Source: Diplonema japonicum
Taxonomy: Eukaryota > Protista > Euglenozoa: Diplonemea
Length of the DNA: 64,000 nucleotides
NCBI GenBank assembly: GCA_964019335.1
Contig: OZ025673.1
Location: 310,001-374,000 of the forward strand
Reading direction: 5' to 3'
Shown piece after piece: positions 56,553-64,000 of this stretch (positions within the stretch are counted from its first letter, which is position 1; each line of letters begins with the position of its first letter). The position numbers were made by a program, and so were the translations under genes. The notes beneath the pieces are model-generated. The model saw nothing but the letters and a program-made list of their open reading frames with translations, was not told the DNA's origin and made no database searches.

Positions 56553-57945
56553 TTACTGATCCCTTGTTAAGAAATACGTATGCTGCAAGGACACATCGTC
56601 CAGGATGTGCACCTTCATGGGTAAAATCGAAACCTCGTCCACCCAGGCGTATGAGTCGGTGGCGTGGAGCTCCTTGTTGGCGGGAAGCTTGCAACCGAGG
56701 TGGCAAGGGGGACCGGAGGTGGTGTTTGCTTTGTACCAGTTAACCCGGACTTTATTTTTTTGGGCGTCAGTGACACGGCAGAGGAGAAGCTTGCCTTCCT
56801 GTGTACAAATAAAAAAAAAAAACTTTTTTTTTACTTCTTACTCATACAATCATAACATATACATCCTGTCCTATTAAGCTTTCTTCACCAACGTTGAGCT
56901 CCTCGTATTTTCGCTTTCGAATGGAGCCTTCTGTGGGGGGCGATGCGAACTGTGCGGATTCGGTTTTCATGGGCTTCACAGGGGTTTGTTGTTCGAGCGT
57001 GTTTGATTTTCGCTTTTTCGGTTTTTTTTTCCGGGCGGGGGTATGCCCGGCACGAGAACGGGGTTCTTCTTTGACAGCGATGGGGGTGTCCACATCAACA
57101 TCAACCAGGATAGGCGAAGCACAGCGGTCACTCATATCTGTGACGCAATACTTTGGGTACCTACTGGGTCCAGATTCTCCGTCCAAAACTACCTCATAGA
57201 AATCTGGTCCAATACTGGTTAAAACCCCATATGCTGAGGTGTTCTGGTAGTCGACACCAACCCTAATGTTTACTTTAATATCACGATCGCAAACAATGAC
57301 ACTTCCATGACCAACCCAGTGCCGCGTGCCGTGTGGGGTTTCTATATGATAAGCTTCTTTGCTTGCATCAACGATCCTGCCTTCAATGGACTTATGAGCA
57401 GTTCCCCCGACAACACGGGTTCCTATGGGAATGTCTGGGTCGGGGCATGTTCTTTTATCGGTTACAGTGATGTTGCTCTTGACAACCCATTGTTTGATGT
57501 TTCCCTCGAAGGTTATTTCGTAAGAGGTACCGCCGTTGTTGTCGCTTACAAACCCGACGGATCGGACTCCGTTACATTTTGCTCGGACGATTGTGCCGTT
57601 TGGGATTATGGGGTGTCGGGTGGGGGAGCCTTTTTTTTTCCTTATTTGGTAGAACTGGTCAGCTTCGGGGAATGTCTTCAAATCTCCTCGAGCGAGCCAT
57701 CTGCTCGTCATGTCGTCGAACCTCACCTCGTACACATTACCGCCAACGTTTTTTTCCACGATCTCCGCCGGGTAGTACGAACCCCCCCATTTTGCCCGCA
57801 CCTTCGTCCCGCACTCTAGATCCTTCGGGAGTTGTATCAGCTCGTCTCGTTGACCCGTGGATTCTTTGGGCATGAACGGGCTCACTTCATATACCCCTCT
57901 TTTTTCGCTTTCTGGTTCTTTGAGAGGGGGGGATTGATGGGGCAT
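56553..57945 (-). CDS. Multi-Tudor/Agenet protein with an NLS-like segment and a C-terminal BAH-like domain; intron 56799-56847
   Basis: GTKVRAKWGGSYYPAEIV..YEVRFDD plus three degenerate repeats; RKKKPKKRK; spliced GQDVYVMIEGKLLLCRV...VRVNWY...ELHATD...SILPMKVHIL. Confidence 0.78.
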
Positions 57946-59118
57946 GTCTTCTTTGGTGTTTGTTTTAAGAAATAAAAAAAAAACCTCCCCCCCCCTCCCC
58001 CTCCCCCTGTTTTCTTTTTTTTGGCAAAAAAAAAAAAATGGAGAGAACAAAAAAAGAAAAAAAAAAAAGAAAGAAAGAAAGAAAGCCACTAAGCGGTAAA
58101 CATGGAAAAGTGTAAACTTCAGAGGTCCGGAGTGGGTAGCAGCAGAGGAAAAGAAAAAAAGGAGGGGAAAAGAGAAAAAAAGAATACAGAAAAAAAAAAG
58201 GAAAAAAAAAGATTGTCCTTGTAAAAGAACGGAAATGGGGGAAAAAAAAAAAAAAGAAGGATGAAACAGACTAGTGCGCGTGATTCCCTTCGTACTATGC
58301 AGTATATTGCAAAGATGGATTGAGATTGGGGGGAGGGTCCTGACATTAAACTTGATTGCTTTTTTTTTTTTTTTTTTTTTTTTTAAATAGTCTCTCGGTT
58401 ATGGAACAGGTTTTTTTCTTCAAATTCCTTTTTTTTTTTTTTCTTTCTTTTTTTTTTTTTTTGAGGGGAATATCCATTTTTCCCGAAAGGGAGACAAAAC
58501 AGAATACAGTAGCCAGACGATTCCTTGTGTCTAACTTGGGGAAGGAGAGTTTTTTCGCTTCACAAAGAAGAAGAAAAAAAAAAAAAAAAAAGAAGAACGT
58601 TGACTCTCAGTTTATTATTATTTTTCAAAAGATAGTGACAACAAGTACTGGACGGGGCAATAGATTCCCTTGCAGGGTTGTCGTGCCTAAGGGGCTTCCG
58701 ATACAGCGCAAGGGAGTCTGGTCAAGGAGTCACAGGGGATTCGGAAGAAAGGTCCAAAGGCGGAAAATTCCTTCAATAAACCCATATGACGAAGATAATG
58801 ATTTAAAGAAGAAGAAAAAACCCCCCACCTTCATCAACAGACCCTGTTCTGAATCGTTCTACCAAAACGCACCAAAAAAAAAAAAAAAAAAAAAAAGATA
58901 AAAAAGAAGAAGAAAAAAAAAGATAAAAAAAGAAAAGAATGGAACCATCTGAGTTCTTTTTTCTTTTTTTTTTCTTTTTTCCCTCACTAAATAGCAATTT
59001 TCTATTCCGTATTTCTTGAGATACGAGGTTGTAAAGGGGACAACAACAAAAAAAATATATTTCACTATGAAGAGAGAGCGGTGGAGAGAGGGGAAAAGGG
59101 AACTACCCTCAAGGTGAC

Positions 59119-61731
59119 TTATGCTTCATCAGGTAATGGTCCAAGGTGTTCAGGTTCCCTTGTTGGTTGTTGCTGACTTGAACTGCTTTGCTGATGGTGA
59201 GGAATCTGTTTTTTTGTTTTTTTTTTTTTTCTTTTTTTTTTTTGTTTCCCAAATCTTCTTACCTTTCTTCGCTAAGTACCGCTTGGCAATCAATCTCTGT
59301 CCTCAGATCACGAATCTCGGCCTATATAAAAAAAAAAAATAATAATAATAATAATTCTTTATGACTATATGTCATTGTTGTTCGCACGAGCAAAAAAAAA
59401 GGTTTTTTAAAAAAGCTGCGAAAGTTTTTTTGCTCGGCACAAGTTGCATATAGTTATAAAATCATTTTTTTGGAAGATAAATATTTGTAACAAAAAAAAA
59501 AATTATCATTTCCTCCCCTCCCACCCCCTTTTTATTCATACCAACAACTGTCGCATCACAGCAATATGTTGCTGCGAATTCATCTTGAGTTCCTGCAGAT
59601 CCTTGGTTTCCTTCACAGCATTGCTCGACTTGTAAGGAAGAGCACGGAAGAGGGGGGTCTTCTGTGTCCATGGGTTTGTCACAATTCTTTTCCGCTTGCC
59701 GCTCTCCTCATTATCGTCGTAAGGCAACACAGGTCCCCTGACGTTTTCCAAGAAGGAGTTTGCTGCTCTGGAAACAAGATCATGTTCACTCACATTACTC
59801 GATACAACGCTGCGGACCTCATCGTCTTTGTTCCTTAAGTCAAGTACATTGGTTATGGTTTCTGATCGTTTGCCTCTTATGACACCAGCCTTCAGTTTTA
59901 GTTTCGACAGAACACCGAGCACACTAACTGTGGCGTCTTCTTCAACTTTCTCGTCTTCTTTGGCGTTTTTGCACAATGCTTCTGTTTCTGTGGTTACATT
60001 CTCGCCATCAGGGCTTGCTTGTCTTTCGATTTCTTGGTGAATGTGCGACGCGAACGACGGGTACCGGTCGAGGATAAGGTTGAACTCCGTTCGCTGTAAA
60101 ATGAACAAATCACAGAACGTCAACGCTTTCACGTTAGTATGCCGTTCTGTTTCCACGAGCAAGGCGACCTCCCCGAAAAAACCGCCTTTTGTGATCGTGG
60201 CGAGGAGGTCACCCGACGGCGACAGAACGTCTGAAAAACCATGCGACAGAAAGAACATTTCGTGCCCTTCCTCACCCGCTACTATAATATACTCGTCAGG
60301 GGGGACAACCACGTTTTTCAAAGACTGAGCCAACGCAATTTGAATCGCCATTTCACACACGTTAAACATAGGAACCTGCGTCACTAATCGAACCCTCATA
60401 TACAGGGAAACCTGTTCTTGCATTGCAGGTGGGAGGCCTGCAATCACATCTGTATATGCAACACCAAGGTTGTGCTGCAAAACATGGTATTGGTACGAAA
60501 GGATCTCTTCTTGAAGAGTACACGGGACCTTGAAATGCCGCAAAACTGCGAGAGTTTGCCGCATTTTATCGACTTTATCGCCTTCGATGTCCGATCGCAT
60601 GATGAAAGCTGTCAGGTACCCGACGGTGAGGCCGTTTAAACAAGCCCCGACTATAAGTAAGAAACAAGCGTAGATTTTTTGCGATTGGCCTTCAACAGCA
60701 ATGTCACCGTACCCAACGGTAGTGATGGTGTAGAGGACGAAATACAAGGCATCGATGTAACCATACGAGGTGTCGTTAAGGATGATCCAGATTATCGAAA
60801 AAGTGTGCAAAATAAACACACCCTTCACGATGTTTAGAAATAACGGGACTAACCGAAAGTAAAACGTAACGAGGTTTGGAGACATCAAACCGGTGTTTTC
60901 GATGATGAACATGGACGGCAACCGAAGAATTTTTAATGTCCGGAAGTGCCTTGCGGCACGGCCGAGCGGAGTGGCGGGGTTCCATCCTGTTAATATAAAT
61001 TCCAAAGGAAGTACTGATAGCACATCGACATATATTTGTTTGGACTTCAAATAATGCCGAAGGATGAGCCTGCGATCGATAACAGGTCTTCCGCCGTTCT
61101 CATGGCACACTGCTGTATTTAGTATAAAGACAATGTCGAGGAGGAAAACAAGGGAGAAGACTACCTCACAGCAGGCCTTGAACGGGTTGGAGAAACCTGT
61201 TCTTGATTTCCCAACGTTTTCTAGAAGTATGGCGATGTAAAAATACAGGGAGCCGAGGGTGACGAGGGCATCTAGGGAAACACGGAATTTCCCGTCGGGC
61301 TTTAGACGATTTGAAGCGAGTGCTGCTTTAACATGTTGGCGTGCTTCTTCACTGCGGGCCATGAAATCTTGAGCGAGAACTTTATCTTCTCCGAGCCTTT
61401 CTATCAGTTCGTTCCACATCGTGTTATCACCGCCGTGATCTACCATTATCTCGATGAATTCTTGGTACTCCACTTTTCCTGAATTATCGACGTCCTTTGC
61501 GTCGATCATTGCCTTTGCTGTTTCTTTGGTGGCGGCCACCCCGATGGTCTTCAGCAACAGCATTAGTTCTTCGTTGTCTATGCACCCGTCTGAATCTCTA
61601 TCGAAAACACCGAACAACCTGTGGTACCGGCGTAGTTCGCTTTCAGACAGCCCCAGCACACGGGCTGCTCTTTCATTACTCGACCTGAACTCGTCTTCGG
61701 CCTCTCGCATATCGAAGGCAGCAGAGGCCAT
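59119..61731 (-). CDS. Cyclic-nucleotide-binding-domain K+ channel (EAG/HCN/CNGK-like) with an N-terminal EF-hand pair; introns 59322-59541 and 59206-59262
   Basis: DRDSDGCIDNEE, DVDNSGKVEYQE; YTITTVGYGDI; C-linker; CNBD GGFFGEVALL...HTNVKALTFCDL; spliced tail ends ...PDEA*. Confidence 0.92.
59352..59492 (-). mobile_element. Solo A+B short element derived from the retroelement termini, located in an intron
   Basis: Reverse complement reads tgttacaaatatttatc...gctcgtgcgaacaacaa-tgacatatagtcataaagaatta, i.e. the 5' part of A joined directly to B. Confidence 0.88.
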
Positions 61732-62734
61732 TTTCTTTTTTTTGGGGGGGCCTTTTTTTTTTTGAGTGATTTTTTTTTTTTGAGAAATATTGGGAAAATG
61801 GGAATAAGTGTTAACAAAAAGAGAAGGGAAAAAAAAAAAGGAAGGGGAAGGGAAAGAGAGAGAAAAACGTTGAAACAAAAAAAAAACTTTCTTTTTCCCC
61901 CACAATAAAAAAAAAAAAAAAAAAAAAAAACCTTTTTTTTTTTTTAAAGGTTGCAGTGTCGTTCACTGACCTTTTGGGCAGTGGTTTTATTTTTTTTTAT
62001 TTTCTTTTATTTCTTTTTTGTGGGATTACTTTGTTTACCGTGTTTTTTTTATTTTTGCCGTTTTTTTTTCCCCCCTCAAAAAAGAAAGAAAAGAAAAGAA
62101 AAAAAGATAAAAGGGACAAGAGTGAGAAGGGAGATGAGAAGTGGAGAAGAAAAGTCGGTTTTTTCTCCCCTCCTCTCTATCTCCCCTTCTACCCTCTTTC
62201 TTTTTTTTTTTTTAATACGATTCGTTCCATTTTGTGTGATTCCTTTTTATTTTTTTAGTTTAATTGACACAAAAGAATGGGGGGTCCACAGAGATAATGT
62301 GGAATGGTGAAGTGGTTAACGATCTTTTTCCTTCCCTTTCATCAGGTTTACTTATTTATTTTTTTTCCTGTCATTTCCCGCCTCTTTTTCGGCGTACGCA
62401 AAAAAAAAGAAGAAAAAAAAAACCCCCCCGACAGAATAAAAGGAAAAAAAAAAAAAAATATAAGTGTTAAAGGAGGCCGGTATTGGCGGCGCCCTGCACA
62501 AGAACTGTCTACTAAAATAAAAAAAAATAGGGGAAACCAAAAAAAAAAAAAAAACCTTGTTGTACAAAGGGAGGGAGTATTCGCTTTTTTTTTTTTTTTT
62601 TTTTTTAAATATTAATCTTAACTAAGAGTTAATAGTGGGGAGGGGGGATTGTTATGTTGCGTTATTCCTTTTGCCAATAAAAAAAAAAATATCCTTCCAA
62701 AAAGCATGTTACGGAGATATAGACAAAAAAAAAA

Positions 62735-63493
62735 TAACTATTTATTTAGTGAAAATAAGATCGTATGATTTTCACGCGTGGTGGCAGTGGTTTAACGAGT
62801 GGGTATATGACTTCACGAGCGAAGCGAGTGCAGTCATGAATGTCTACTTCACGAGCGAAGCGAGTGAAGTAACATCAACGAGTTAAACATGCCACCACAA
62901 GTGAAAATCGGATCTATTTTCACTAAATCCGTTGTTTTATTTAACGTCAGTCAGATTTGAAAGGGTGGGGTATTACAGGTTACAAGTTACAAGTTAAATT
63001 TTTACTGGGGGTGCTTATGGTTGATATTGATTGTCAAGGCATATCCTGTGTGGTGCGGGCTGTGCGTCCATGAGTGCTGACAGGACCTGTGAGGCTGCTG
63101 CCTGGGTTGCTGAGGTTGCCCCACTAGCAGCTGTCACCGCTGCTGGCTTGCCAAGCCCACCTCTCTCCCCTTCTGTTGAGAGAGGCGACCAGATCCTTGA
63201 GTGACGTAAAAAGTGAGATTCCCAGATTCGAACCGGGGTTGCCAAAACAAGAGGCCTGTGTGGTAACCACTTAGGTGATTTCTTTTCCGTGTTTGCGCCC
63301 CCAACCCCTTGCTGTGCAGTGAAAATAGGGCAAGCGTGAATATAAAGTACTTTATATTCACTCATAAAGTAATTTTCATTTCTGCCCCTGTTTTCTTCCT
63401 AAAACAAGCCTGAAATCTGCAATGAAAATAAAGTGAAGCGTGAAATAATGTGAAATATTATATTCACTCCCACCCTTGAAAATCTGACTGGAG

Positions 63494-63498
<5 letters not shown>
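62735..63498. mobile_element. Non-autonomous palindrome-rich DNA element (Crypton-like architecture), motif GTGAAAATA/TATTTTCAC
   Basis: Starts ataactattta; inverted atttagtgaaaata/tattttcactaaat flank two cacgagcgaagcgagtg copies; gtgaa/ttcac cluster at the right end; ends gagttat. Confidence 0.55.
63214..63283 (-). pseudogene. Degenerate tRNA-like sequence (tRNA pseudogene or SINE head)
   Basis: Minus strand AAGTGGTTA (A-box/D-loop-like) and CCCGGTTCGAATCTGGG (T-arm, B-box); acceptor and anticodon stems do not pair properly. Confidence 0.4.
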
Positions 63499-63544
<46 letters not shown>

Positions 63545-63640
63545 AAAGAAACACCAACAATACGAGAAATATTCTAAAGAGAAAAAAAAATGGGGAGTGG
63601 GGTGTAGTTAAAAAAAAGAAGAAGAAAAAAAAAAAAAAAA

Positions 63641-63679
63641 GAGACATTTAAGGGTACCTGCGGTATGTGGCAGGACGCC
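63641..63679. repeat. Dispersed hairpin motif family 1
   Basis: Identical to 32387-32425. Confidence 0.8.
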
Positions 63680-64000
63680 TGAAAAAAGAAAAAAAAAAAC
63701 ACTTCCCCACTGCTAAGTGGGGGCGTATTTGGCAACTTTTAGGTGCATTGGATATCGCAGAAAACTAATAATAGACTTGCCAGGGGGAGAAGGAAAAAGA
63801 AGAAGAAAAAAAAGATGGTAGGAATGTTGACTCGTGATTCCACCAATATTTACAATAAAAAAGGGGAGAAAAATACTTTTTAGAGACCAAAAACTTGCGT
63901 CTTGCTCCTTAAGGGGGTTCTGCTCTTTCCCGCAAGCGAATGGCATAGAAATATGATGTTAGACCTTTAAGATTGGGAAGGGTTTTTGGTCTTTAAAAAT

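Noticed and set aside
11541-59541. Non-canonical introns or a reassigned genetic code
   Set aside because: Every interruption in the host genes I traced resolves with GT-AG introns and standard stops.

Overview
Eukaryotic (protist) genomic DNA with very long homopolymer tracts between genes. All ~26 recognisable host genes are on the minus strand, forming one unidirectional cluster. They have A-rich tracts directly before the ATG and many tiny (30-65 nt) GT-AG introns. This layout, a PT/DTxAP-repeat surface protein and a kinetoplastid-like ApbE domain suggest an intron-bearing euglenozoan, most likely a diplonemid (inference). Genes include FKBP12, FKBP-TPR, an NCS-like EF-hand protein, a VTT/DedA protein, a polyQ/RGG/PAM2-like protein, RAD23, an NHE exchanger, an MPP-beta/Core-1 homologue, two tandem Alba genes, an FGE-sulfatase-fold protein, two EF-hand-fused K+ channels, vasohibin, an ApbE fusion, a SPRY/NHL(+LRR) protein and a Tudor+BAH-like protein. 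The most notable structure is the mobile DNA. (1) A ~3.07 kb DIRS/Ngaro/VIPER-like retroelement (11869-14940) has A1-B1-A2-B2 split direct repeats, a gag-like ORF, an RT with a WIDN motif and RNase H, but no recognisable tyrosine recombinase. Two ~130-140 bp solo derivatives occur elsewhere, one inside an intron. (2) Five non-coding palindrome-rich elements share a terminal TAACTA-type motif, and each carries its own repeated 9-11 bp motif (Crypton-like by inference). (3) Four families of short co-oriented intergenic motifs are present. Coordinates, exon joins and domain calls were derived by eye; no database search was run.
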